The translations under genes and the position numbers were made by a program. Under the pieces are notes generated by a model that was given only the letters and a program-made list of their open reading frames with translations, was not told where the DNA came from and did not search any database. This document shows, one piece after another, positions 1-13,974 of a stretch of 64,000 nucleotides of DNA; position 1 is the stretch's first letter, and every line of letters begins with the position of its first letter. Source of the stretch: Camelus ferus (lineage: Eukaryota); contig NC_045707.1 of NCBI RefSeq assembly GCF_009834535.1, positions 53,880,001-53,944,000 of the forward strand, given 5' to 3'.

Positions 1-3000
1 AGTGGATCAGACAGGGTTACAGATGAAGAAGGGGGTGCAGCATGAAACAGCAACTTTTCTAACGAAGCCTAAAATTATTTAGAGATGTGCATGTGTTTTC
101 TCTATCTGCCATTCGAAGCTTTGGATCAAACCAGCAGTCTGTGCAGGTTCATTCTTTGAGTGAGATGATAGTGTGGGTTACAGAGAAAAATCACTGGGTC
201 ATCGTCCTGTGTAATTATGCCCTATTCACAAAAGTTGAAGGGATGCAACTTGGGGTCCTTTGTGTGGGTATAAAATAGAGTTCGACGTGCCATAAGTATG
301 AGCATTTTGTCTCTGAACAAATGGAGAACTAATATGGTCAAAACTCTTTTGTTCTGCTATGCTGTAATTTAGATTGTCTTTGTAGTACTTTGTTTAAGAT
401 GCAAACTGAAATAAAAAAGTGCTGGCTCGACCTGCTACCCAATCTTCGAGCACGATAGTAAATATCCAACAAATTGAACAGACTATTTAGATCCCATCTG
501 AACTGACAGTCATTACAGTGCCAGATGGGGCTCGGTTTCAATTTTGTTGTTTTTAGGAAGTTTCTGTCTCCCTCCTTCTCTTTCTTCTCTCCTTTCCCTT
601 CTTTGCTTCTTGCCAGCGAACCCATGGTATAATCATACTGAAAACAATTTAATTGTTTTATTCTACTGTTAAATGAATACACTTGCCGCTAATTTTTTTC
701 TTTAGCTGACACATTTCCTATATGTCAGTGCACATGTAAGTAGAAATATTATTTTACTTAGTTTTCACATGTGGGTATCAGTTAAGATTCCCAGTATTTC
801 TCATTTCTTCCCTTTTACTCTTATGTTTACGGCAGTGCATGTTTTAACTCAGTTTCTTAATCTGTTTTTAAATTTCTCCATTCCCCCAGACTTTTCACCA
901 ATCTTTGGGAAGATATTTAGAATTGTCTTAATACTTCACTTTTGGGAAGCATCTAATGTTGCCATTTTTCATACCAAGATATTGCTGAAGGCCTTATTTG
1001 AAGTTGGAAGTTAAGAAAAGTAGGAATTTCTACTCCAGGGAAAGTACAGTGATAGAGAGTAAATAATAATGCTATGATGGGTTTAGTTAAAAAGAAATAA
1101 CAGGGCAATTGAATAATCGCCTGAGAAAGGGAAGTTTATTTGCCTAATATCCCATTAAATCACTCAGCAATATGGTAAGCAATTGACATATTTATTGTTC
1201 ACTGCTGGGGATTAAATTCAGAAGATCATCATCAATGATAAGCCATTTGTGATGTTTTTCTAAAATGAATGTAATCTCTTTGGATTACTCTTTAGTGAGA
1301 AAATAATGAAAAGAACATTGTTATCTGCTATGTAAATTGATCAATTATCCGAATTCAAAAGAAGTTCTGATAAGAAACAGAACTAGACAGATCATTTCAC
1401 TTTAAAAACTGAATTAATGTGTGCTTTTATGTAGTTAAGCACAGCGATGCATTCTAAGGGCCAATTCTCCTATATTTTTACAGTAAATGATGTTAAAAAT
1501 TTATCAGAAAGATGATTGAGTTCGAAGTTCACATGAGGAGATTTCTGTGTGTTCTCTACTTATCCAAATGTATTTGTGCTTTTGATTCATTGCAATATTA
1601 AATCAAAAGTTAACCATGATGAATCTCTAATTTAGAGTAATATATTAATACAAATAAAAATACTAAAATACGATGCCCTCATCTCTGAATACTGAGCTAT
1701 TCTTTAATCAAATTGTGAGAATTTATATTATAAATTCAAAACTTAATGTTTTAATTACTTGTAGAAGCTTTATAATAAAATGTTTATAAATTGAGTAACC
1801 TCACAGGTTAACTATGAAATTGCTCTATGCAGCTAGAAAGTAGCAAGCCACACACAGGTGACTTTTCTTTCTTCCTGTAACAAGACTTAGATTTTTCACA
1901 GACTGTGCCTTGTTCATCCTCCCACGTGAAATGTCTGCTTTTGCTTTGATCTGCTATAACCTGAAATCCCACCCATTTCAGGCTTTTTAACATGTTACCT
2001 CTTTCTATGAAACATGTATCGTTCGATACAATGAGTTGTAATGTCTTATCTCTGAACCCACAAATATTTTAGGTGTATTTCTCAGAGAGGAGAATTTATA
2101 TCCTGGCTTAGCTTATTTTTATTTACATGCTTATCTAAATCCCCTCCCTCAATGTATTATTGCTTATCTTATTACTTTGTCTTCTATCTTGTTAACCTTA
2201 CTCCCTCCAATCACCCTCTTTGTCCCTACTCAATTTTTTTAGTTGAATTGCTAAATTTTAGAAGATTGTAATCTGTTAAAAAAAAATGATTTTCAAACAC
2301 GGTAAATGATGCTTGTGCATTTTATACATAAATATGCACTTTAGCAGACTTAAAACATTCATAGCAACTCTACTTATAAATTCTTTGGGGGAAGCACTAA
2401 ATCTTCCTGTTATTATGAAAAAAATTTAATGTGGTTTCAATTTTCTGTTTTATTTTTAATTCATAGAGTCACTGATTTAAGGCAATGGAAATATTGTACC
2501 TTTTGAAGCCCCTCAGTGGCTAAATTATGGTATTTTCCTCTGCATCCCTTGTATGTTAGAGAAAAAATCGGTTTTCTAAAGTTGGATTTTTAGTGGTAGA
2601 CACACAAAATACTTCGGAATATCCTAAATCAAATCTTTATTTTGCCTTCTCTTTTTAATTAAAAATATAAATAAATGGCCTCCATTAGTGTGTAGAAGCT
2701 ATTCTAATCCATTAAAATTTTATTTTTCTATTTATTTAAACATCTGCTGAACAGGAGAAAATATATTTCTGTAGCTACATTTTATAATTTTTCAAAGCAG
2801 GATTATTGTTTTATTTAAAATGTATTTTTCTAGTGACAAAAGGAATACCTTTTAATCTGGAATAGATTTCTTTGAAACATTAGGCTATTTCTTTTCATGC
2901 TACCTAATTGGTTTCATAACCTGATGTGACAAACATAAAGTATGTCTAATTTCTTCAAGTGTAACTAATCCAGAATAATAAAAGGAATAGTGGTGTACTT

Positions 3001-4302
3001 TCATGTGATACTGTTTGTCTTTCTGGGTGTGTTCCTTGGCTAGATTAAAAATACATTTATTGTATCAGTTGAAATTATATTAACTGCTGAGCTAACTCAC
3101 ACAAGTTTAAGATCAGGTATTATTTCATGACAATATACATATATAGCAAAAAAGATCTAATGAAATTTTTTGTTAGGTTTCGTACACATTTGTCTCAACT
3201 GTCAGGAAAGATTGTCCTCACTTTTATCATGGATGACTGGTTTTATGGCCTGGTAACTTGCTTTCTAGAATGAAATCCATTTTAATGTAAAAATACTCAA
3301 GTGTAAATCTCTCCTGCTATTACTCAGTTTGTCACTACACTTACTTTCTCAAAACAGGCCTTTAATTTTGACTGTCTTTAATAACTAAATCATTTGAAAA
3401 AATGAGGAAACTCATCTGCTTATTCTATAAATGACCATGAAATTACTCAATTAAAAGGTTGTATGTAATGTTCAGTAATAACACACAGAAATGAGTTAAC
3501 GCTATTGTCTTGACCAGTGTTATTGCAATAGTCAGAGAAAACACACAATAGTCATTTTGTTACTCTAGAATTAACTTGTGTTTCCAACCACTGTTGAAAC
3601 TGCTAATCACAATTCGTAAGTTCCATAATTAATAGTTTCATTTCAGGAAGTAAAAAAACGAAATGATTACCTTGATATTTAAAAAAGCAATTTAAATATA
3701 TTTTTCCTAAGTAGAAATATCAGATATATTTTTACAGAGGGCTACTAAATCTCTCCCTACATTTCATACGTATAAGTAATACCATTGACTTTATTTTCCC
3801 ACCATTTTTTTGTGAACCAATCTCTGACGTGTGTTTGGGATCTATTTTGGGAGTGTCTATACCATTCCATTGATTTGGCTGCATATTTTACCCCTGAAAA
3901 ATATTTTCTCTGATCAAAAATACTGTGATCTAAGAAAATGTGAATGTGAGGAAGTCTAACATTTCTACTCATTTATGTAGGACAGAGTCTATGAAGTATA
4001 ACTAATATTTGTAATGACCATGACAGTAAGATACATACAAACAGAATGTCTGGTATTGGGTCACTAGTCAAGTTAGAGCATTTAAAGCCACAAGATTCCA
4101 GACAACAGTCAGACAGAAGAGCAAAAAGACAAAGAGATTAAAAAACTAGCCATCACGGCTACTAAACATATCCGTGCCTTTGACTTGTATCGGGCTTTCA
4201 AGTAGTTTGTTCTTATGCTTCTTGACACTATTAGAATGTATGCTGTTAGAATGGCCCCACCATTTGGATTACTGAAGAACTCCGTCTTTTGAAAATTAAA
4301 TA

Positions 4303-4513
4303 CAGTTGACCCTTGAACAGCATGCGTTTTAATTACATGGGCCCACTGCATTACAAGCAGATTTTTAAAATAAATACATAACTTGTGGCCCGTGGTTGGT
4401 TGAATCTGAGGATGTGGAACTGTGGATAGCAGAGAGCAGACTGGGAAGTTATACACATTCAGTTCTGGGGGGGTCAGTGCCCCTGACCCACGTGTTGTTC
4501 AAGTGTTAAACTG
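4303..4513 (+). mobile_element. Tigger2/MER8-like non-autonomous DNA transposon (TcMar-Tigger MITE)
   Basis: Starts CAGTTGACCCTTGAACA and ends TGTTCAAGTGTTAAACTG (imperfect TIRs), with TA on both sides (4301-4302, 4514-4515). A second related copy lies at 59609-59815. Confidence 0.85.
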
Positions 4514-6535
4514 TAAATGAAATGGCCTGAGAATCACCTAGGTTTACTTAGGCGATTGCTATAACTAACATTAGAAAGTAATTTGGAAATAGTGGTTATC
4601 TAATAACAACTCTCAATTATTTGCATCTTTCAGTCAGTACTCCTATTGTTCATAATAAATGGCAAGAAAATATTCCAAAATTTGTGAAATTGCATGCATT
4701 TAGGTATTTATCATAGTTTTACGGACAATAGCAAATTGAAAACCCAATAATAGGGGAATTATTAGGTAAGTTCCAAGGTTTTTTTGTGTGAGAAACTTGT
4801 AAATATCAATACTGATGTTTATATGACCATACAGCGGTGAAATCTAGTTTAAAAGAAAAGAATTTAAAAATGTATATAGACCAACTATGTTTTTTAAAAA
4901 AACCCACGCATACCAAAAAGCAAATGCATATGAAAATGGAGATGTATAATTTTTGCTAAGAGTTTTTGTAGTAAAGTGATAATTTGGGGCACAATATATT
5001 TCTTTTCTATATACATATATATATCAAAATACAGAATCTTTACAATTTAAACACATTAAAATGTTTCTCTAGCAGAGTATCCCATGACTTTCTTATTTCT
5101 TTGCTGAGGCTATTTAGAGACTTTCACGAACATCAAACAGCTAGAGAGTGATGTGTAATGATAAAATCCTGAGTACTATAAGGAAACCAGTTGAATCCCA
5201 GGATGCCACATTCCTACCTATAAAATAATTTAAAAGAAAAAGAAAAGGTAAAAACATTAGATAATCCTTAAGGTTCTGTTTAGCTTGGTTGTCATGCAAG
5301 GTAATGCATTCAATGATTTGGTACATGAATAACGAATGTTTAGATATATACTTGATCAGCTAGAGTTCCTGGCTCTGTTCTCTTTGTCTCTGGCAGAGTC
5401 TACACAAGGCTGAAATAAAGTAGCCCACTAACTGACAAAACAGGGAATTAAAACTCAAAACTCTGCCTCTCCCAACACTGTCACTCATCTCATTTCTTTC
5501 CAAATTAGTTAGGGCAGGGCTGTGGGGTTGTTAGAATGGCACTTGATAGACAAGAGTCATGGCTTATGTTAGCTAAACAATATATGGCCGGGAAAACAGA
5601 ACATCATTAGTGTTTCCAGAACAGAAAAACTATGCTGGAAAGAGAGGTGGAGAGGAAAATAGGCTGTATTATTTATTTTTATATTGCTCTAGTGTCTAAC
5701 AGAGATTAGCACCTAGTGTTTGCCAAAAATGTTAGTAAAATCAGTTTTGTAACTAAAAGGGCTAGGACAGTTCCTGGAACATAAAAGTTCTTCTATAAAT
5801 GGTAGCTATTATTGTAAGTAATGAAAAAAAGGTGAAACTTCTCTCCTTGAGTAAAAAAAATGCTTACATACTATATTCAATATAAACGCTACCTCTCTCT
5901 CTTCCTGTAAATTAATTACTTCCTTACTATAATTTGACTATCTTGGAAAGATTATATCATAACTGTCTATCACTTAGCACAAATTCACTGGCAGTCATAC
6001 AGATGCACGTTCAAGATAAGGTTTTTCCAATCAGAATCCTATTTTTAGTTTATTTTTCACTCTAAGTAGCATTTGTCATGACGAGAGAATGGAGAAAGTT
6101 TTATACCCTTTCAGAACTGAGACTAAGATTTTGAAAAGCTTCTTAGCATTACCTTTTCATTTGTGAAAGTTTCATGAGTCACTCCTCTGGTTAAGTGTGA
6201 GTGTTTGACACAGGGATTGTCAATAATTTTTCTGCTTTTCATATATTGACAGAAAAGCTAAATTTCCTTAAGGAGAAAGAGCCCAAAGATGGACAGGAAG
6301 GCTATAAACCTTTTTTTTCCAGCATCCACCCACACCACCGACTCCTGAGGTCATCTTCCAAAAGATTATAAAATGACAAATGTCAAATATTGAGAGGAAC
6401 AGCAGTTTCCCTGGGGATAAAGGTTAGTAAAGCTAACCGGGATTTAGAATTCAGAAGTAGGTCAGAGGAGGGAGGAACATGCGCTGGGTTGGAGATTTAA
6501 CTTTTTAGGCCATCCTGAGCCATGAGCCTTTCTGC

Positions 6536-6692
6536 AGTAATTCCCAAACCTGTCTCCACAACAGAATCACAAAGAGCACTTGTTGAAAAACAGAGATTCC
6601 CGAACTTCACCCTGGAGAATCTGATGGAGCAGGTCCAGATGGTGGCCCCAACTTTTGTCCTTTTAAATAACTACCCAAATGCTTCCAAAGCA
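6536..6692. mobile_element. MER5A-like hAT-Charlie MITE (degenerate)
   Basis: CAGTAATTCCCAAACC...AGAATCAC...CTTGTTGAAAAACAGAGATTCCC...TTTTAAATAACTACCCAAATGCTTC resembles the recalled MER5A consensus. Confidence 0.6.
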
Positions 6693-7171
6693 ATGGCATT
6701 CAGTTGTGGTTCATTAATTCTAGCAGAGCTGGTGGGTAACTGAAGGCTTTGCCAAGCAAAACTGGAAGGCTGTGGAGAGTAAGTAAGCATTCTCAAGATG
6801 ACCAAGAGAGGCCACTGGCTTTGGAAAGACATAAATGGTTCCAGGGTCAAAAGCCAAAGGCAATCTGGAAACAGAAACCTGCCAGACAGCAGCTCCAGAG
6901 GCTGCAGGAGCCCGAGGAGACAAGCTTTGTTGTCACATTTGCAAATAGTGCTTAATCAGAGGTGAAAATGATGGAAGAGACTGGGCTATTGTGGGGACTC
7001 TGGTTGCCATACAAGTCCTGCAGATATTTTGAGGTGTCTTAAACTCTTTTCCTCAAATAGGCCAGTAAGAAGGCTTGCATAGTAAAAGTATACCATCCAA
7101 AAGTGTTCTGTTCTCTTGGCTCAAATTAAATAACGATTGCTCTGCAAAATAGCTAAGACAGTTCTCATTTA

Positions 7172-7365
7172 AGAAGCCAGGTAGACTCAGTTCAAATTTG
7201 GATTCCAGCCTTTTCTCCTACACGAGTTTAGTGAAATTATTCAAGTATTTTGGGCCTGAATTTCCTTAATTAGAAAATTGAAATAATAATATCTGACTTT
7301 TTGTAATGCTTTAAGGATAAGTGATATAGCATGAAAAATACCTAGCATGGAACCTGGCCTAAGGA
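7172..7365 (+). mobile_element. MIR SINE
   Basis: Degenerate B-box GTTCAAATTTGGATTCC, core GGGCCTGAATTTCCTTAATTAGAAAATTGAAATAATAAT, and an L2-like tail CCTAGCATGGAACCTGGC. Confidence 0.6.
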
Positions 7366-10236
7366 GGCTTTTTTTTATTATAGCCAACTTTATGACAACA
7401 ATATGTTCTTGATCTTACGACTTTTTAATATGTTAATGATAATAAAAGAAGCATGCACCATTTCATTTATGTCAAAAAATTTAAATTGCCCACCAGGTTG
7501 AAAAGTAGGCTATGCTGTAGTTTATGCTGTCAGTTTTTGGAGATTATTTACAGAGTGTCTATTTATTCATCCCACTATCATTTCAGCTGTGTTTTTATAC
7601 TGTGTGCCCTACGTCACAAAAATGCACTTCATATACTTAACCATAATCCAGCATTAAAATTAAAAATTTATGTGTGGAAAAAAAGAGGACAGAAATGGAG
7701 CTATGAAATGAAATATAATACAAGGTTTACAAGCAATACATGCATCCTTTCTTGGAGGATGACTACATGTTTATACTTAATTTGAAGCAACAACCAAATG
7801 GTTATTTTAAACTTAATAAGATAAAGTTGCACTGTATTTGGTCATTGAGACGCATGAGGAAGGAATCGTCTATCCACAGAACAGATAATTCACGGCAGTA
7901 AAAATTGCCAAGCATCTCAGAGTCGATCAAAGAATTCTCAAAGTTAGATGTTGGTGTGAGTAACCAACGGGTTGTAAAGACTACCTCTTGAGACTTCAAA
8001 TGACAGTTGGTCAAAAACATCTGATTGATTTTCAGCAAAAATTAATTTCTGACCATCTTTAATTATGTTAAGGAATCAAATTATTGCAAAATAAAAGTGC
8101 AGAATATTTATATTCTCTGTTTTTTTCTCCAGATGAAGAGATCAAGTTCATAAACAGTTGTTATAAAAACCAGCATTTTATATATACATGAAGTAATCAT
8201 AACTGTCAGTGCTTTTTGTGTTTTTGAACAATTTAGGAATTCTTAACAGGAAGACTGGTCTACATTCCTGTTACCACAGAAAAAGAAAGTGACATCATTT
8301 TTGGCTAAAAATGCTATAGCATATAGGGTTACTTTTATTCCTCAAAAATCATTATTGAGCAAATATGCATTATTATGCATATAGTACAGTTTACCTTATA
8401 ACTAATATTTAAAACAGTTAACATCAGGAATGACTTAATCAGGATCCCAATTTCCCGAAGAAGTGAAAGACTGCTGACCGTCTTCCTCTAATGTTACTTC
8501 ACTTTAGCTGAGCTAGAGAGGAGGCAATTTGTGACTTTGGCACACGAGGAATTATATGATGGTTATGATACAACAGAAAAAAGACCAGATCTGACCTTTA
8601 TCTTGATGTTACCATTTTAAAAAAGTTAGTTTAGCAATTAACATTTTGGAGATACAAGCGATAAAAATACCAAAGAAAAAAAAAGTTATCCGGCCATTAA
8701 GAGTATAACTAAAATATCAATTATAATGGTGGGGAATGAAGAATTCCCAAATTGTAAAAAGATAAAGGGAGCTACTTCTTTTGAACTTAACTTAAAATCT
8801 TTCAACCTTTTCATGTATAAACAAACAAATAAGTACGCAACTTTCCCTATACAATGGAATTGGAGGATGTGATATGAGTTAAATACTTAAAGCCTTGATG
8901 CAGTGATGTGTCATTCCAAACAGATTTTTAACATGCACTTTGTGTAGGCCTCAGTCACCATGGAAACTTGGCTGAAACTGGCTCAGTCAGTCTCTGTCTC
9001 CACCTTATTGTACTTAATCCCACCATTAGCTGGGACCATGGGTGGTCACTACTTTATGCTTTACCCCACTATCTTAAAATCATAATTAAAACCCATGCTT
9101 AGTATTAATCATTCTTTGCAGATACAAGTTAAATGAGGCTTGAAGAGTGTATGCTTTCTCCGTGCTAAGTGAGTAATGAGTTTTTCTGTATATGCCAGGG
9201 GAATTTTTCTAGATGGCTAGAACAAGAATACACAAGTCAGTGAGAGGAAAAAAAAAGAAAGAAAGAAAGAAAAAGATTGGTTATAGCTTTCTTAGGCAAT
9301 CAGTGTTCAGTTGTCAAATATATGAATCACTCTGGCAGCTGCTTGCCCCTCATTTTGCCTGTATTTGGAGGGGGTTAACAGTTAACTAACTTCTCTAAAA
9401 CTATTACCTAGGCACCAATTATCCAAACTGGAATCCTCATACTCAGACTCCTCACTCTACCTAATCCTCATATTCAATGTCTCCAAGTCCCATTGTTTTT
9501 TGTCATCCATGTAGTTCTGAAAAATCCCATCTTTCTTTTATTATGGTCTTACTGCAGTTAGGGTCAGAGACCCTAACATGAATTTAAGAGTTCATGTAGT
9601 CCAAATCTCTCATGTTACAGAGTCCCAGACAGCTGAAGTTTTAAAGATAGTTAATGGTGGAAATATAACTGAGATTCAGGCCTTTGAATTCCCAGTCGAG
9701 TTCTTTTTTCTCTCTTTCCACATGTTGCCCACAGGAAATGGACTCCTCACAATCTCTGTGTTAATATAACACTTACTGTTCCAACACTAATATTTTAAGA
9801 ATATTTACCTTACAGTCATTTCCTTCTTTGGAAACAAAAAACAGAAACAATACAGAGAACTAATAGAGAAGTATCATACAGCCCTGAAAGAGTTAGCACC
9901 TGGGATCAAATCCTTCTGTAACTCATACCATATATCCACAGAAGCAGCAAATGGACAGGTGCAGTGTCTTGTTTACCTTTTCATCCTTAGTCACTAGAAA
10001 AAGCCTAGAACTGACAAGTACCTTATGAATATTGGCTGAATTCAAATTATGTTAGTCATCTGCCAACTAGTTGCACAATTAGAAGGCATGTGCCTTCTCA
10101 CGTATCTCAAGAAATAGCTTACATTTTTCTGTGTATCTACTATGGGAAAATCAGCAGCAGTTTTCAAGGAGCAGAAGAGGGATTTTTTCCTGAATGTCAT
10201 AAATATTGGGCAATCTTTAAAAAAGCATAATTCCAT

Positions 10237-10850
10237 GTCCATTGACAGATGACTGGATAAAGAAGATATGATATATATAATGGAATATTACTCAGCCATT
10301 AAAAAGAACGTAATAATGCCATTTGCAGTAACATGGATGGACCTAGAGATTATCATACTAAGTGAAGTAAGCCAGACAAAGACAAATATCATATGATATC
10401 ACTTAGATGTGGAATCTAAAAAAAATGATACGAATTCTATTTACAAACCAAAAACAGACTCACAGACATAGAAAACAAGCTATGGTTACCAAAGGGGAAA
10501 TGGCAGGGGAGGAATAAATTAGAAGTTTGGGATTAACAGATACACATTACCAAATATAAAACAGTTAACAACAAAGACCTACTATATAGCACAGGGAACT
10601 ATATTCAATTTCTTGTAATAACATAATGGAAAAGAATCTGAAGAGAAAAGAACACATATGTATGTATATGTATAACTGAATTGCATTGTGGTATACCTGA
10701 AACTAACATTGTAAACCACTATGCTTCAATAAAAAAAATAAAATTAAAAAATAAAAATTAAAAAAATAATTCTTTGAAAATAATTGACTTGCATTGGTGA
10801 AAGAAAATAAAACTATTAAAACATAACAATAAAAAAATAAAAATAAAAAT
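10237..10850 (+). mobile_element. 5'-truncated L1 (end of ORF2 plus 3'UTR) with two A-tails
   Basis: Contains ATGGAATATTACTCAGCCAT...GCCATTTGCAGTAACATGGATGGACCTAGAG and AATAAA at 10728. TSD-like pair AAAAAAGCATAATTCCAT (10219-10236) / AAAAAAGCATTCTTCCAT (10851-10868), 16 of 18 identical. Confidence 0.92.
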
Positions 10851-11785
10851 AAAAAAGCATTCTTCCATATTTAGTATTGGTTTTAAAACGTTTCATTGTT
10901 GCTTGTTGCCCTATCGCAGCAAATACATTCTACAGAACACCTGACAAAAATGGCTCTCGTGGAAATCTAACTTCCTGAGTTAAGAGTTCACACTAGCACA
11001 ATCTTTGCTAGTGAATGCATTTATTTACTCCAAACTTGGGAAGGAAGAGACTTCTCCGCTGGAGCCATATGAAGTAAATCCTCTCATTCGTTCATTTACT
11101 CAAGAAACGTTTGTTGCTAGAGGCTCTCAGTTTTATTATCCTTTCAGCCTTGAGGACTGAATGATACAGGACATTTCAGAAGTGATCTGTTAGCTACTCT
11201 CTGGAGCTTCAACCATCATGAGTCCGCCTGCTTGTTTCTCTCACCCTACCCTTTCTGCCACTCCCAAGGGACAGCCTGGGAGAGTTTACTCAAGGTGACA
11301 CATCTCCAAACCAATTTGTTTATACAGGCTCTCCCAGGAATCCATTATCATAGATAATTGAGTTTACTGTACTCTAAGTATAATAAAAGCCTCTGGAGTT
11401 TTAGCCTGAAATGTAATGCGCACAACCCTGAGGGATGGGTGAAGACACCGAACTTGGACAAGCCTGAACTTCAGGTAGCAGATTCGGCAAGAGATGTAGG
11501 GAAAGCAGAGTAGATCATATCATGTGTAACGAATGAGATGTAAACATGAAATCACGACTAATAAGAAGAAATTTTAAGAATAAATTAAATGTTTGAAATC
11601 TGGAAGAAACATCTAAACAACATTTACAGTATACACAAAGATGATCTCACCTTATATATAGTAGTTCTTTGAAACTTTACAAAAGTCTCAAAATATACCA
11701 CCATAACTCACAGGGATGAGAGTTAGAAGTGAATTTATCTGCATTGCAGAGATGATGAAACTAAGGAACATCAGAGTATTTGCCT

Positions 11786-12250
11786 TGTTGACTGAAATAA
11801 CTGCGCAGCCTAAAAGTTGGGAGTTATGTTGTATTAGCTGGGATGACAGCCTCTCAGATTGCTCTGAGGGCTTGCTCTGAAGATGTAGGGGAGGAGCTAG
11901 GATATATAGGAGCTTTACAAAAAAGATCAGGTAGTTGGAACAATAAAAGATTACTTGTTAACTAAAGAAAATCAGGCATCTCTAGTTAAAGAATTTAGTG
12001 CTTTTCTATGAATGGGAGGAAGCAAACATTTGAGCTCATTGAATCCATTCCTTTGACAAGCATCTAGCTAAATAGGGCCAGTATCCTGTCCTTTCTTACT
12101 CTGAGTCCCCTCAGAGTGCACCATTGTGAGTGGCTGCAGAGGCTGGGCTGCAGGCTTGTCTTCAATGGGGGGGTTGGCGGCAGCCGCTGATGACTTGATG
12201 GTTTCAGCATTCTTTGTTTACTATAGGGTTTGCAATATTTTTCGTTCACA
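11786..12250 (-). mobile_element. Solo ERV1 LTR, MER41-like (cetartiodactyl type)
   Basis: TG...CA termini (TGTTGACTGAA...TTCACA) and an exact 4-bp TSD GCCT (11782-11785, 12251-12254). The body closely follows the recalled bovine MER41-type LTR (GGATATATAGGAG, GAATTTAGTGCTTTTCTATG, GGGCCAGTATCCTG). Confidence 0.88.
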
Positions 12251-12384
12251 GCCTCCTAGTGTTACCATTATCGTTAATGTTGTAGGCAGAGAATAAAACT
12301 TGTTTTCTGATTCTCTTATATCAGTGTCTTATCTTAAACTGTATACATGTTTTGCTTTTTAAAAACCAGATTTAAATTTTCTCT

Positions 12385-12480
12385 TTCTCTCTTCCTTCCT
12401 TTCTTTCTCTCTCCCTTCCTTCCTTTCTTTCATTCCTTCTTTCCTCTCTCTCTTCCTCTCTTTTTTTTGTATTTTCTTTT
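12385..12480. repeat. CT-rich low-complexity tract
   Basis: About 95 bp of TTCC/TCTC/TTTC units. Similar tracts occur at 25145-25247 and 29423-29525. Confidence 0.85.
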
Positions 12481-12849
12481 TAAATACCAAAGTTAGATAG
12501 CATTCTTTTTCATCTACAGATTAGGAGCTCACATGAAATCCTTCAGAATTTTAAATTTTCAAGATTTTGGTTTGTACTTCAATAGAGAATTTTATAACTT
12601 ATTTAGCAAAATCCATTCAACTAATATTTGACAATCCTAATGATGAACATAATACATGTTAAATACTGTGGTGGAGACAAAAGAAGTATAATTCAAGGTG
12701 GGTGCAGTCTCTAAGAGCTTACTGAGGAAGCATGATATACGGCCATAAAAGAGTTGCATGATGATGATGATAACAAAAAGTAACATGACAGAACTAAAAA
12801 AAAAAATCTGTATGGAAAGGAATGTCAGTTAGAAAAGGAATCTAACATT

Positions 12850-13010
12850 TTTGAGGATCTATATTTAGCCAGGGACTTTGCAATCATTATCTCATTTCGA
12901 TGCTGAGATAAATATTATCATCTCAACCATAAGATTAAAACAAAACAAAACTGAGGCCAAGAGAGGATAAGCAAATTTCCCATGATAATACAGTGAGATT
13001 TGAAACTATG
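12850..13010 (-). mobile_element. MIR SINE
   Basis: ATTATCTCATTT...AAACTGAGGCCAAGAGAGGATAAGCAAATTTCCCATGAT...GAGATTTGAAACT is the reverse MIR core. Confidence 0.6.
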
Positions 13011-13974
13011 TGCATGATATCAAAGATCTTATTTTGGACCCTGAAGGACTTGGAAAGATAGGTAGAGAGAAAAAGCATTAAGTAAAGAAGTACAAAGATT
13101 AATGAATGAGCAAGAGATCTGAGTAGTCTAGTCTGGCTAAAGGAAATAGACTTGGGAAAAGTGATGAACGTTGCATTTGCTTGTATTTAATTTAAATAGG
13201 CAACAAATTGGCAATTATATGATCAAAACTTTTTCAAGACTATTATTCTTAAAGGGTATACTGAATAGGTGCTATTTGAAAGCGTAGGTAGGAGGGAATG
13301 AGGCACTAAAGGGTAGCTGCCATTGGGATTACAGGGGGGAAGACAGGAGAGGTGCTCAGCCATATTATCTGTAGGAAAGTGTTTGAAGTTGTGGGTTATG
13401 GTTGAGGAAGGAGACAAAAATATATAAAATCATACATTGATTGGGACTTAAAAGAATCAAGAATAGATAGAAGATTAAAGATTCTGATTTGTTGATTTTG
13501 AGGTGTTGTTAGAATTGAAAAATCTGTTGCTATAACTAACAGAAAATTCACAGAGCAGTGGCCTTAAGCCTTGGCTGTTAATTACAATAACTTTAAGAAG
13601 AGCTCCATTTGGTTACATTGATAAAGCCAAGGTTGAGGAAAGAAGAGATGCATTAAAATACTGACTGTGATGTCTAGTAATTGGGAATTTGCTCAGTTAA
13701 GTAAAAAAGTGAAAGAAGCAAAATAGAGGAGGTGATAAAAGAGAAATATTTCAGAGTTTAAGCAGTAGAAATTGATGTCCAAATACCTTGGGGATGAAAG
13801 AGTCAGAGGAGTAAAGATCACTGAATTTAAAGAATTTAAAGCCATATGAGGCTATCATGTTAGAAAATTTTGCATAAGGCTTCTAGTCTAGTCTACGTAA
13901 ACCACTAAGTAGAAGCTATTAAAAAAAAACAGCATGTTAAACATTCAAGGAAAATACGCTCCAATAGTTTACAC

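Noticed and set aside
420..545. H/ACA snoRNA or pre-miRNA from the two hairpins
   Set aside because: An ANANNA (ATAGTA, 455-460) lies between the stems, but no ACA follows the second hairpin and the stems are too short.
7800..8040. Coding exon or ancient transposon in a CpG-retaining stretch
   Set aside because: No convincing splice sites, protein similarity or terminal repeats that I could support.
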